Assembly (NCBI GenBank): GCA_047014445.1
Contig: JBKXPS010000002.1
Coordinates: forward strand, 88,505-152,504
Direction: 5' to 3'
DNA length: 64,000 nt
Origin: Collinsella aerofaciens
Lineage (GTDB): Bacteria; Actinomycetota; Coriobacteriia; Coriobacteriales; Coriobacteriaceae
The position numbers were made by a program, and so were the translations under genes. The notes beneath the pieces were generated by a model, which saw only the letters and a list, made by a program, of their open reading frames with translations, had not been told where the DNA came from and ran no database searches. The stretch's first letter is position 1. Every line of letters starts with the position of its first letter. This document shows positions 20,736 through 30,439 of the stretch, in pieces.

Positions 20736-21392
20736 CTATTTACCACCTTTCATAGCCGGAATTCGGCCAACAACGGGAATGCCCAGGAGCTCTTCTGCCT
20801 CTTCGGCACCGCGGATGCGGGTGTTGAGCATGTCTGCCAAAACGACATAGGCAACTGCGATAAAGATGCCCGCGAGGAACGCGACAGCAACGTACAGCAT
20901 ACGCTTGGGGCCGCTGGGGGCTTCGGGGGTCTTAGCCTCGTCGATAACGTTGATGCTCTGGGCAGCGCCGACGTTCTGAGCGACCGTACTCACCGAGCTA
21001 GCTATGGCCTTTGCGACCTTAGCCGTCTCCTTGGCATCGGTGCCGGTAACCGAAAGCGTAATGACACGCGTGGTGGTCTCGGAGGAAACAGACACCTTGT
21101 AGTCATCCAGATCGGTGAGGCCCAGTTCATTGGCTGCGCCGCTCTTAACGCTATCGCTATCCAGCAGCGTGGCGATATCGTTGGAAAGCATCTGACTCGC
21201 CGAGAGATCGTTGTAGCTCATCTGACCGCTATCGTCGGTCTTGGCGAGAATGTACATGCTCGTCGTCGCGGTATAGGTGTTGTCCATCGCAACGAAGGAC
21301 ACGATGCCCATGGCGATCGCGCAGACCACCGGAAGGGTGATGACCAGCTGAAGGTGCTTCTTCAGCAGCTGGAACAGTTCGAGAAGGGTCAT
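20736..21392 (-). CDS. CpsC/CapA (YveK/Wzz-like) kinase modulator
   Basis: Two TM segments; YTATTSMY, VIDEAKTPEAPSGP and LLGIPVVGRIP motifs. Confidence 0.9.
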   Translation of the reverse strand: MTLLELFQLLKKHLQLVITLPVVCAIAMGIVSFVAMDNTYTATTSMYILAKTDDSGQMSYNDLSASQMLSNDIATLLDSDSVKSGAANELGLTDLDDYKVSVSSETTTRVITLSVTGTDAKETAKVAKAIASSVSTVAQNVGAAQSINVIDEAKTPEAPSGPKRMLYVAVAFLAGIFIAVAYVVLADMLNTRIRGAEEAEELLGIPVVGRIPAMKGGK

Positions 21393-21504
21393 GCAGCTTG
21401 CCTTTCATTTCCCCAGTTCGGATTGACAAAACTGTCCGTATGTTATCGCATCTTTTTACCGAGACCAAACTCTATACATAAGAAACAGGCTCTCCTGTAA
21501 AAAT

Positions 21505-23140
21505 CCTTGATTATCGACTTTATCCGAACACCTCCCACATTCATCCGCACATGTACGGATGAATGTGGGAACCCGATACCCTGAGGGCCGGATCGGTCGG
21601 CCCCGGGAGATCGGAGGACGGCATGTCCGGAAAGAAGAAGAAGGGTTCCGCGAAAGCGGCCCCGAGGGCCTACGGAAGGCTCACGAGGCACGAGCGGGAC
21701 ACGGTCCAGAGGATGCTGGAGCGCAGGGCCTCGTGCAGGGAGATCGCGAGGGAGCTGGGCAGGTCGCCCTCGACGGTGAGCGCCGAGGTGGCGTCGCACA
21801 GGTTCGTGACGGCGCCGAAGCCCAGGCGCGGCGAGCGCGTGGGCGCCGACACCGACCTGTCGTCGGCCTGCCCGCGCCTGGCGGCGTGGCCGCGCTGCTG
21901 CAACGGGTGCGGCCGCTACCGCGCGATGGGCTGCAAGCGCCGCCCGCACGTCTTCTACGAGGCCCGCGCCGCGCAGCTGTGTGCCGACTCGGTGCTCGTC
22001 TCGTCCAGGCGCGGGATCGACGCCGACGAGCCGGCCGCGGCGGCCAGGCTGGAGGCCATCAGGGACTGCCTGCGCCGGGGGCTCTCGCCCGAGCAGATGG
22101 CCGCATGCAACGGAGGGCCGGTGGACCTGTCGCCGTCGACCATTTACCGCTGGGTCGCGGCGGGCTACGACGGCATGACCAACATGGAGCTCAGGCGCAA
22201 GGTCGGCTACAGGCCGAGGAAGCGCGCCGCCGGCCGGGCGGCGACCCGCCACTCCGCCCGCAGGTCGTACGCCGCGTTCCTCGCCCTCGGGGAGGACGCG
22301 TGCGCCGCGGCCTGGGAGATGGACACCGTCGAGGGCGCCCGGGAGGACTCCGCCTGCCTGCTCACGCTGCTGCACCGCCCCAGCAGGCTGCAGCTCGCGC
22401 TGCCGCTGGCGGAGAAGACCGCCGGGCGCGTCGCGGCCGCCCTGGGCGATATCAGGGAGGTCCTCGGCGCCGACGGCATGGGCAGGGTCTTCCGCGCCGT
22501 GCTCACCGACAACGGCACGGAGTTCTCCGACGAGCGGGCGATCGCGGCGCTGCTCGGCGAGGGGCCGGGCGAGACGAGGCTGTTCTACTGCGACCCGCGC
22601 CGCAGCGACCAGAAGGGCGCCTGCGAGCGAAACCACGTCGAGATAAGGAAGCTGCTGCCCAAGGGCTCCGGACTCAGGTTCGACCGGCTCGCCCCGGCGG
22701 ACCTGGCGCTGGCCATGTCGCACGTGAACTCCGAGCCCCGCGGCGCGCTCGGCTTCTCGACGCCCGCGCGCGCCTTCAGGGCGATGCTCGGGGAGGACGC
22801 GGCGGCGCTGCTGGACGCCTACGGCGTGGGGGACGTGGCGCTCGTCGATCTCGACCTGACGCCGGGGCTCATCGAGAGGGCGCGCGCCGAGAGGGGCGAT
22901 GCCCCGCTGGCCTAGCCTGGAAGAAAACGGAATAGACGGACCGACCGTCCGGCTGAGTCTGGGAAGAGGTGCCGGGCGGCGGGCGGAGCATGGCCACCGG
23001 ACCCATCGAAACACATCTCCACCGTTCCTTCAACTGGGAAAACGGCGCCCCCGGACCCCAGGAGGGGCCGCGGGGGCGTTCGGCTAACTGCGGGAATGGC
23101 CTATTTGCTCAATGTGTTCGGCTGAGATCGGAAATCAACC
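21505..23140 (+). mobile_element. IS30-family insertion sequence, complete
   Basis: Imperfect ~25-bp TIRs (TTGATT...CCGAACAC) at 21507-21531 and 23114-23138; flanked by direct repeat CTCCTGTAAAAAT. Confidence 0.88.
21623..22915 (+). CDS. IS30-family transposase
   Basis: HTH (REIARELGRSPSTVS), Cys-rich segment, WEMDTVEG, TDNGTEF and QKGACERNH motifs; RBS GGAGGA. Confidence 0.93.
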   Translation: MSGKKKKGSAKAAPRAYGRLTRHERDTVQRMLERRASCREIARELGRSPSTVSAEVASHRFVTAPKPRRGERVGADTDLSSACPRLAAWPRCCNGCGRYRAMGCKRRPHVFYEARAAQLCADSVLVSSRRGIDADEPAAAARLEAIRDCLRRGLSPEQMAACNGGPVDLSPSTIYRWVAAGYDGMTNMELRRKVGYRPRKRAAGRAATRHSARRSYAAFLALGEDACAAAWEMDTVEGAREDSACLLTLLHRPSRLQLALPLAEKTAGRVAAALGDIREVLGADGMGRVFRAVLTDNGTEFSDERAIAALLGEGPGETRLFYCDPRRSDQKGACERNHVEIRKLLPKGSGLRFDRLAPADLALAMSHVNSEPRGALGFSTPARAFRAMLGEDAAALLDAYGVGDVALVDLDLTPGLIERARAERGDAPLA

Positions 23141-23236
23141 CTCCTGTAAAAATGTCGGAAGCAATCGTAAAATTGCACAACAACGCCGCACCCGAAAGTC
23201 AAATGCGGCGTCTACATCAATATCTATGTTGTATCG

Positions 23237-24661
23237 CTATGCGAATGGCTCGTCCTGCTGTATGGGAAACGTCACCGTAATGGTGGTTCCCACGCCCAAC
23301 TCGCTCGACAGATCGAGCGTGGCGTGATGATACAGGGCCGCATGCTTGACAATGGCAAGCCCCAGACCGGTTCCGCCGCGTGCCTTGGACCTACTCTTGT
23401 CCACGCGATAGAACCGCTCAAATACCTTGCCCTGTTCTTCAGGCGCGATACCGATTCCCGTGTCGGCGACCGCAAGGAACGGATGGCCTTCGTCGTTGGT
23501 GCCGCACTGCAGCGTAACCGTACCGCCGGGTCGATTGTAGCGGATGGCGTTGCTTGCCAGATTATAGATGAGCTCGTCAATCAAGCGCGACACGCCCTCG
23601 ATGACCACAGGCTTGGTCTCATGACTTATCGTCACATTCGCCTGACGGGCGACCTGTTCAAGACGCTGCTCGACCGCGTAGATGGCACGCGAGAGCTCAA
23701 TAGGCTCCGTGGACCCAATGGGCACCGCCTCGCCCTCAGCTGCACGCTCGGCCTCGTCCAAGTTAGACAGCGTAAGGATATCGTTGACAAGCGCTGCCAA
23801 GCGGCCCGCCTCACGATAGATGCGACCGCCAAAGTTGCGCAGGTCGCCCTCGCCCTCGACCATGCCGTTTGCGATGAGCTCGGCATAGCCCGAAATCGCC
23901 GTAAGCGGCGTCTTGAGCTCATGGGTGATATTCGCCGTGAACTCGCGGCGCATACGGTCGTTGTCCGCTAGCACCGCCATTTGGCGCTTGAGTTCCTGGC
24001 GCTGCGACTCGATACGCTCAAGCATGGGGACCATCTCGGCATAGGCGTGCTCATAGCTACGGCGTGGGTGGTCCAAATCCACCTCTTGCAACGGCGCGAT
24101 GATGGCACGGGACTCGCGGCGCGCCATAAAAAACGAGAGTACCGCACCCGCTGCTGCGATAAGCAGCATCGGCGCCACCATCGACAGCAAAATCGCCGCA
24201 ACGCCAGGCTGGGCCTGCGCCAAGCGGACAACCTGGCCGTTATCAAGGGCGACGGCGCGATACAGCATAATCTCGTCGAGCGTAGAGCTTGCGCGCTCCG
24301 CGGAACCCAAACCACTCTCAAAGGCCTCGATGACCTCGGGGCGATCGCCATGGTTGGGCAGTGTGGAAGGCGACGCCTCGTTGTCGTAGGCAACCGATCC
24401 ATCCTTGTTAATCAGCGTGATGCGCAAGTCCTCGCGATCGAGACTACGCAAGAACGGGATGGGCTCCTGCTGTTCGTCGAGAGCGGCAGCAATGAGCTCG
24501 GTTTCCTGCGCCAGATTGGCACTCGTGGCATCCGCCAAGGTGTTTTGCACAAAGAACGCACCCAGCACCGTAAACGCCACGATAACCGCCATGGCGCAGA
24601 CAAAGATCGTCACAAAAACGCGGTGCGACAGCGTATGTTTTCCCTGGGGGGCGAAGACCAC
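23237..24661 (-). CDS. phoR: PhoR-like sensor histidine kinase
   Basis: FTANITHELKTPLT, NAIRYN and FERFYRVDKSRS..GGTGLGLAIVKH; context with pstB. Confidence 0.8.
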   Translation of the reverse strand: MVFAPQGKHTLSHRVFVTIFVCAMAVIVAFTVLGAFFVQNTLADATSANLAQETELIAAALDEQQEPIPFLRSLDREDLRITLINKDGSVAYDNEASPSTLPNHGDRPEVIEAFESGLGSAERASSTLDEIMLYRAVALDNGQVVRLAQAQPGVAAILLSMVAPMLLIAAAGAVLSFFMARRESRAIIAPLQEVDLDHPRRSYEHAYAEMVPMLERIESQRQELKRQMAVLADNDRMRREFTANITHELKTPLTAISGYAELIANGMVEGEGDLRNFGGRIYREAGRLAALVNDILTLSNLDEAERAAEGEAVPIGSTEPIELSRAIYAVEQRLEQVARQANVTISHETKPVVIEGVSRLIDELIYNLASNAIRYNRPGGTVTLQCGTNDEGHPFLAVADTGIGIAPEEQGKVFERFYRVDKSRSKARGGTGLGLAIVKHAALYHHATLDLSSELGVGTTITVTFPIQQDEPFA

Positions 24662-24664
24662 GGG

Positions 24665-25393
24665 TTACTCCTCCGATGCGGTGGCCGCGGTGTCGTCGCC
24701 TTTGGCACCATCGCCGGCAGAAGGCTCGGCCAAGCGGTAGCCCACGCCGCGCACGGTCTCGATGGCGCTGGCATGCTCGCCCAGTTTTTGGCGAAGCGTC
24801 TGCACGTGCACGTCAACGGTGCGCGAACCGCCGTCGAAGTCCCAGCCCCACACGCTCTGCAGCAACGACTCGCGGGTAAAAACCACGCCGGGCTTGCGCA
24901 TGAGGTACTCGAGCAGGTCGAACTCGCGCAGGGTGAGCTTAAGCGGCTCGCCGGCAACGGTCACCTCGCGATGGCTGGGCGAGAGCACGATGTCGCCCAC
25001 GCTGAGCACATCGCTCGCCTGCTTGACCATGCCGCCGCGACGCAGCAGTGCGCGGCAGCGGCTCGCAAGCTCCATGAGCGAAAACGGCTTAGTCAGGTAA
25101 TCGTCGGCACCGCCATCGAGCGCCATCACCTTGTCGAGCTCGGTATCCTTGGCGGTAAGCATCATGATGGGCACCGTCGCCGTCAGGCGATCGGCACGCA
25201 GTCGACGCATAATCGCCAAGCCATCGGTATCGGGCAGCATGATGTCGAGCAGGACGGCATCGGGTACCCGTCGCGCCACGGCAGCCTTAAACTCACCGTC
25301 GCACGAAAAGCCTTCGGCCTCAATCCCCTGCTTGCGCAGCGCATAGACCGTCAAATCCCTGATGTTGTCATCGTCCTCGACGTAATAGATCAT
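24665..25393 (-). CDS. phoB: PhoB/PhoP-like OmpR-family response regulator
   Basis: VEDD, LLDIMLP, GADDYLTKPF, RTVDVHV and ETVRGVGY motifs. Confidence 0.8.
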   Translation of the reverse strand: MIYYVEDDDNIRDLTVYALRKQGIEAEGFSCDGEFKAAVARRVPDAVLLDIMLPDTDGLAIMRRLRADRLTATVPIMMLTAKDTELDKVMALDGGADDYLTKPFSLMELASRCRALLRRGGMVKQASDVLSVGDIVLSPSHREVTVAGEPLKLTLREFDLLEYLMRKPGVVFTRESLLQSVWGWDFDGGSRTVDVHVQTLRQKLGEHASAIETVRGVGYRLAEPSAGDGAKGDDTAATASEE

Positions 25394-25457
25394 GTTGAAC
25401 CCCTTTGCGGCCGGCATGACCGCATCTTAACCCTAAAGGTACCTTTACTAGATGGTA

Positions 25458-26333
25458 TCAGCCAAAACGTCCCGTCAAATAATCCGCCGTGCGCGGATCG
25501 GTCGGATTCTTGAAGAGTTGCGCGGTGGGCGCGTGCTCCACCAACTCACCCAGCAAGAAAAACGCGACCGAGTCGGAGATACGCGCCGCCTGCTGCATAT
25601 TGTGCGTAACGACCACGAGCGTACAGACCTCCTTGAGCTCGCAGGCCAGCTGCTCAACCACCAGCGTCGACACGGGGTCGAGTGCCGAGGTCGGCTCGTC
25701 CATCAGCAGAATGTCGGGCTGCACGGCAAGCGCGCGGGCGATGCACAGGCGCTGCTGCTGTCCACCCGAAAGACCCAGGCCCGACTCTTTGAGCTTGTCC
25801 TTGACCTCATCCCATAGCGCAGCACGACGAAGGGAGTCCTCGACCAGCTCATCCAGCACAGCGCGATCGCGCACACCCATGCCGCGCGGACCATACGCGA
25901 CGTTGTCGTAGATGCTCATGGGAAACGGGTTGGGGCGCTGGAACACCATGCCCACGCGCTGGCGAAGGCGGCAAATGTCGTAATCGCCCAGGATATCTTG
26001 ACCATCGAGCGCAATCTTGCCCTCGATGCGGCAATCCTTGATGCCGTCGTTCATGCGGTTAAAGCAGCGCAGCAACGTCGACTTGCCGCAGCCCGATGGA
26101 CCGATGAACGAGGTGATCTGCTTGTCGCGGATCTTGATATTCACGTCCTTGAGCGCATGATGGTCGCCATAGAACAGGTCGAGGCCCTCGACATCGATGC
26201 GCGTCGGCGAGGCGGCAAGATCCTCTGCCGTGGGGCGAGTCGCATCCCCAACCTCGCGCTCGCGCGCGGCCTCGGCCTGCGCTTTCATGAGTTCTTCAAG
26301 CTCCGTGGGCTCCACAGCCGCAGCAGCCGTCAT
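25458..26333 (-). CDS. pstB: Phosphate ABC transporter ATP-binding protein
   Basis: [42 protein letters not shown] and YLTGRFG motifs. Confidence 0.95.
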   Translation of the reverse strand: MTAAAAVEPTELEELMKAQAEAAREREVGDATRPTAEDLAASPTRIDVEGLDLFYGDHHALKDVNIKIRDKQITSFIGPSGCGKSTLLRCFNRMNDGIKDCRIEGKIALDGQDILGDYDICRLRQRVGMVFQRPNPFPMSIYDNVAYGPRGMGVRDRAVLDELVEDSLRRAALWDEVKDKLKESGLGLSGGQQQRLCIARALAVQPDILLMDEPTSALDPVSTLVVEQLACELKEVCTLVVVTHNMQQAARISDSVAFFLLGELVEHAPTAQLFKNPTDPRTADYLTGRFG

Positions 26334-26398
26334 ACCGCATACCTCCACATCGATATCAATTCAGCAGTATCGATAGTAGGAATCGCGGCTCATATGCA

Positions 26399-26426
26399 CG
26401 TGAGCGCATTGTCAAGTGTTTGTAAG
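26399..26426 (-). promoter_or_regulatory. Pho-box-like 11-bp-period direct repeats upstream of pstB
   Basis: Minus strand CTTACA-N5-TTGACA-N5-CTCACG. Confidence 0.5.
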
Positions 26427-26436
26427 GGCACACTGG

Positions 26437-27681
26437 CTATGCGGCGGGCAGCTCGATGGTGAATATCGTGTGTTCGGGCGTCGATTCACATGCAACGGTA
26501 CCGCCGTGTGCCGCGATGATCTCCTTGGCAATAGCAAGGCCCAGACCGGCACCACCGCGATTGGTCGCACGCGCCGCATCCAGGCGATAGAACTTCTCAA
26601 AGATCACCTTGAGCTTAGCCGCAGGGATAGGATCGCCCTGATTGATAAAGCGAACGCGCACGCCGCCATCGTCTTGGCGCCCGGCCTCAATCGTGATAGT
26701 CGAGCCCTCATAGCTATAGGCGACGGCGTTTTTCATGATGTTGTTGAACACGCGAGCCATCTTGTCGCCATCCACGAGCACCGTCAGGTCCTCGTGGATA
26801 TCAACTTGGGCTTCCTTATGCTGCTCGTTGAGGATGGGATAGAACTCGTCAGCCACCTGAGCCAGCAGCAACCCCAGATCAACATAGCCGCGCGTGAGCA
26901 CGATATCGTGGAAGTCAAAGCGTGTGATATCGAAGAACTCTTCGATGAGTGCATCGAGCCGGTGCGCCTTGTCGAGAGCCACGCCCGTAAAGTGCGCACG
27001 TTGCTCAACCGGCAGCTCAGGAGCCTCTTGCAGCAGCGAAAGATAGCCCACCACACTGGCAAGCGGGGTGCGTAGGTCATGTGCCAAGTACGTGACCAGA
27101 TCGTCCTTGCGATGCGACTCGTCACGCAAGGCCTGTTGCACCTTGCGCTCACGGTCACGCACGCGGTTAAGGGCGCCCTCGACCTCCAAGAAGTCGCCGT
27201 CGATGTTGTCCCAGGTGTCGGGGTGATCGATCAGGCGATCTTGAATACGAGCGGCCAGCACACAATCGGCATGCTGCTCGCCCTGTTCGTAGCCCTGGTA
27301 GTACAGGGCGCGGCCACACAAGAACAGCACGCACGCGGCAAGCGCCAGCACAAAGCCAAGCATGTTGAATACAAAGCCGGCATCGAACAGCACCGGCCCT
27401 TCGATGCCGCCGAGCGCCATGGCGCCAATCGCCAACGTCATGGCCCACGCGGCGCCGCCAATCACCATGCAGCGGCGCACGATCTCAAATCGATCGATCA
27501 GCAAAAAGCCGGCAAGCAGCACCGTCAAGATTCCGGCGATGTTGTCGATGCCAATCAGCAGCAGGCTCAGCAAAAAGAGCAGCACCGTTGCAAGCGCGCG
27601 GTTGTCGACGACCGACCTCACGTATTCAAAGAGCCGATCGGGTACCTCGAATGCCTGCCTATCGTCTTTTGTCATATCCAC
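26437..27681 (-). CDS. VanS-like sensor histidine kinase
   Basis: TYLAHDLRTPL, EEFFDITRF, RVFNNIMKNAVAYS and GGAGLGLAIAKEI motifs. Confidence 0.88.
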   Translation of the reverse strand: MDMTKDDRQAFEVPDRLFEYVRSVVDNRALATVLLFLLSLLLIGIDNIAGILTVLLAGFLLIDRFEIVRRCMVIGGAAWAMTLAIGAMALGGIEGPVLFDAGFVFNMLGFVLALAACVLFLCGRALYYQGYEQGEQHADCVLAARIQDRLIDHPDTWDNIDGDFLEVEGALNRVRDRERKVQQALRDESHRKDDLVTYLAHDLRTPLASVVGYLSLLQEAPELPVEQRAHFTGVALDKAHRLDALIEEFFDITRFDFHDIVLTRGYVDLGLLLAQVADEFYPILNEQHKEAQVDIHEDLTVLVDGDKMARVFNNIMKNAVAYSYEGSTITIEAGRQDDGGVRVRFINQGDPIPAAKLKVIFEKFYRLDAARATNRGGAGLGLAIAKEIIAAHGGTVACESTPEHTIFTIELPAA

Positions 27682-27700
27682 TTCCCCACCATCAAAGGCG

Positions 27701-28396
27701 CTATTCGATGATGTAGCCGACGCCCCAGACGTTTTTGATAAAGCGTGGCTTTTGTGCGTCGTCGCCGATTTTTTCGCGCAAGTGGCGAATGTGCACCATC
27801 ACCGTATTGTTGGAGCCGGGCATAAAATCCTCGCTCCACACCGCGCGGAACAGGTCCTCCACGGCCACCACGCTGCCGCGATGCTCGACCAGATACAGCA
27901 AGATTGAATACTCGGTGGGTGTGAGGCGTACCGGTGCACCGTCCACCGTCACGGAACGAGCGTCGCGGTTGATCTCCAAGCCGTCGAGCTGAATGGTCGG
28001 CGACTCGGCCGCCTGTGCACGGCTACCGTAGCTGGTGTAGCGGCGAAGCTGAGCGTGCACGCGCGCGATGAGCTCCAGCGGACGGAACGGCTTAACCACG
28101 TAATCGTCCGCGCCAAGCGAAAGGCCCCCGATCTTGTCTTGCTGGGCATCGCGCGCCGTCAGCATGATCACGGGATAGGTATGGCTGGAACGGATCGTAC
28201 GCAGCAGCTCAAACCCATCGATATCGGGCAGCATGACATCTAGCAGCGCCAAATCGAACTCCTGCTCCAAAATCGCCTTGGCAGCATCGGCCCCGCTATA
28301 GGCAATCTGGACATCAAAGCCCTCTTTTGTAAGGTAGATGCCAACCAAGTCGGCGATGGCCTTTTCGTCATCAACTACCAGTATGCGCTCGTTCAT
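27701..28396 (-). CDS. VanR-like OmpR-family response regulator
   Basis: ILVVDDE, GADDYVVKPFRPLEL, NNTVMVHIRHLREK and VWGVGY motifs. Confidence 0.9.
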   Translation of the reverse strand: MNERILVVDDEKAIADLVGIYLTKEGFDVQIAYSGADAAKAILEQEFDLALLDVMLPDIDGFELLRTIRSSHTYPVIMLTARDAQQDKIGGLSLGADDYVVKPFRPLELIARVHAQLRRYTSYGSRAQAAESPTIQLDGLEINRDARSVTVDGAPVRLTPTEYSILLYLVEHRGSVVAVEDLFRAVWSEDFMPGSNNTVMVHIRHLREKIGDDAQKPRFIKNVWGVGYIIE

Positions 28397-28461
28397 GCGT
28401 GCTCCTCTCGCGCTCCATTATGCCTGAGGCGACGCACGCCACACACAACAAGCGTGGGTGA

Positions 28462-28477
28462 TTAAGTCGGTCTTAAG
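28462..28477. promoter_or_regulatory. OmpR-type direct repeat operator candidate
   Basis: TTAAG-N6-TTAAG between the divergent regulator and carboxypeptidase genes. Confidence 0.45.
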
Positions 28478-28524
28478 CACCCTTGTGCCCGTTCGAACGC
28501 GGATGTGGGCCACGCACGCACGCG

Positions 28525-29934
28525 ATGATCGCCGACGCCGGCAAACGATATACTCTAGTTTCAGAAGAGACCATCCCGTCGAAAGCGAAATCTGTGAAGT
28601 CCCTCACCTCTTTTGCAAAGCGCTCAGCCCAGCTTGCCGCCGGCTTTGTCTGCGCTATCGCCCTTGCCGCTGGCGCGCCCACCGTCGCCGGCGCCCAAGT
28701 GCTCACGACCGACAATGTTTGCGGCAAAACCGCCGATGCGCGCGGCATCACGGCCGAAAACCTGCCCGATATCGATGCGACCAATGCCCTCGTCATGGGC
28801 AAAGACGGTACCGTCTACTATGGGCGCGGCGCCGATGAGCAGGTCAAAATCGCCTCGATCACCAAGGTCATGACCGCAATCCTAACCGTCGAGAATTGCA
28901 AGATGGACGAGAAGGTCACGGTGAGCAACGCCGCAGCCACCGTGGGTAATTCGACCGCCGGCTTGCTCGAAGGCGACGAGCTTACCGTGGAGCAGGCACT
29001 ACGCGGTCTGATGATTCCCTCGGGCAACGACGCCGCCATCGTGCTCGCCGAATATGTGGGCAAGAAGATCGACCCCAAGACCAAAGACGCCGAGGCCACA
29101 TTTGTGAAGGCCATGAACGAGCGCGCTAAGAAGCTCGGCTGTACCGGTACGCTTTTTGAAAACCCGCATGGTCTGGACTTTGATGAGTGGGCTGGCAATA
29201 TGCACTCAACCGCACACGACGTAGCGCTGATGATGCAGGAGGCCATGAAAAACGACACGATCCGCGAGGTCGTAGCGAGCGAGGATTCCTGGATCGAGGT
29301 CACGGGCGCCGACGGCACCGACCATTCGCATTCCATGGACACGCATAACTATTTGCTGGGCCAAGATGGCAACATCGGCGGCAAGACCGGCACCACCGAC
29401 GACGCGGGCTATTGCTTTACGAGCGCCTACAACCGCGACGGCGACGAGATCTACACCGTTATTTTGAACTCCACCACCACCGATCAGCGCTTTACCGATA
29501 CCGCCACCCTTGCCAACTGGTACTACGGTCACAAGGTGACGGTCGCAATCGCCAACACGCAAGAAAAGACCGCCAACGGCAACCCGCTTATGGCGCGCAT
29601 TAGTCAAACCGACTGGACGGATAAGACAATCGACGCCACGCTCGCCGATCCCACGGCGCAAGCGACCGTGTTTTCTCTTGCCGGCGAGGTGACCGAAAAG
29701 GTTAGCTACGACGATCTTTCGGGCACGGTGCATGTGGGCGACAAGGTGGGCAGCGTTACACTCAAGCAGGACGGCACCAAGATCGCCGTCATGGACCTGG
29801 TTGCCGACGAGGAAGGCGCAGGGCCGAATCCCATTGAATGGCTGCTCGTGAAGCTCGATCGCTTGGGCCGCCGCATCGACAACCGCCCGCTCACAGCCGA
29901 GAGCGAGACCGTAGCCAAGGCGCCCAAGGCGTAG
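28525..29934 (+). CDS. D-alanyl-D-alanine carboxypeptidase (peptidase S11)
   Basis: ASITK (SxxK), SGN, NPHGL and KTG motifs; start uncertain. Confidence 0.92.
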   Translation: MIADAGKRYTLVSEETIPSKAKSVKSLTSFAKRSAQLAAGFVCAIALAAGAPTVAGAQVLTTDNVCGKTADARGITAENLPDIDATNALVMGKDGTVYYGRGADEQVKIASITKVMTAILTVENCKMDEKVTVSNAAATVGNSTAGLLEGDELTVEQALRGLMIPSGNDAAIVLAEYVGKKIDPKTKDAEATFVKAMNERAKKLGCTGTLFENPHGLDFDEWAGNMHSTAHDVALMMQEAMKNDTIREVVASEDSWIEVTGADGTDHSHSMDTHNYLLGQDGNIGGKTGTTDDAGYCFTSAYNRDGDEIYTVILNSTTTDQRFTDTATLANWYYGHKVTVAIANTQEKTANGNPLMARISQTDWTDKTIDATLADPTAQATVFSLAGEVTEKVSYDDLSGTVHVGDKVGSVTLKQDGTKIAVMDLVADEEGAGPNPIEWLLVKLDRLGRRIDNRPLTAESETVAKAPKA

Positions 29935-29959
29935 GGCCGGAGCGATATCACATCGAACC

Positions 29960-29991
29960 AAATGAGGCGTCCAACGGGGCGCCTCATTTTT
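29960..29991 (+). terminator. Rho-independent terminator
   Basis: AAATGAGGCGTCC-AAC-GGGGCGCCTCATTTTT. Confidence 0.75.
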
Positions 29992-29993
29992 GA

Positions 29994-30256
29994 GGGTTCG
30001 AATCCCCAGCGCCCTTTCTCGATAATAAAAAAGGGCCCCCGATGGGACCCTTCTTTAAAGTTAAACTGGCGGAGAGCTGGGGATGTCCGGACATGCTACG
30101 CATGCCCTCCGGCTTCAAAGCCTGGCGGCTTTTCGCCCACGGGCTACAAACGCTTTCGCGTTTGCTTAACGCCCGTGCCCTCTCGGGTTCGAATCCCCAG
30201 CCTCCTTTCTCCGCACAAAAAAGGGCCCCAAATGAGACCCTTCTTCAAATTCGTAC
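29994..30256 (-). repeat. tRNA-Ser-linked 190-bp structured unit plus partial second unit
   Basis: tRNA 3'-end copy 30067-30084; antisense T-arm copies 30185-30201 and 29994-30010; duplicated terminator hairpin. Confidence 0.85.
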
Positions 30257-30347
30257 TGGCGGAGAGCTGGGGATTCGAACCCCAGATGCCCTTTTGGGGC
30301 ATACTCGCTTAGCAGGCGAGCACCTTCGGCCTCTCGGTCAGCTCTCC
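30257..30347 (-). tRNA. tRNA-Ser(GCT)
   Basis: Cloverleaf with long variable arm; anticodon arm CTCGC-CTGCTAA-GCGAG; CCA encoded. Confidence 0.96.
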
Positions 30348-30361
30348 GTAACAGCCGTTCT

Positions 30362-30390
30362 ATAGTAACCAAACAGCCTAAGATGGGCAA
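30362..30390 (-). promoter_or_regulatory. Sigma70-type promoter of tRNA-Ser
   Basis: TTGCCC-N17-TACTAT. Confidence 0.6.
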
Positions 30391-30439
30391 GAGGAAATTT
30401 TCTAATTGCCTAGCATCCTTTCCTCATTGGAAGCTTCGC

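Noticed and set aside
26437..29934. Vancomycin resistance operon
   Set aside because: No D-Ala-D-Lac/Ser ligase, dehydrogenase or dipeptidase genes
30067..30201. Extra tRNA genes or intron-containing tRNAs within the 190-bp units
   Set aside because: The units lack D and anticodon arms and a 5' acceptor strand; only the 3' 18-20 nt and an inverted T-arm are present
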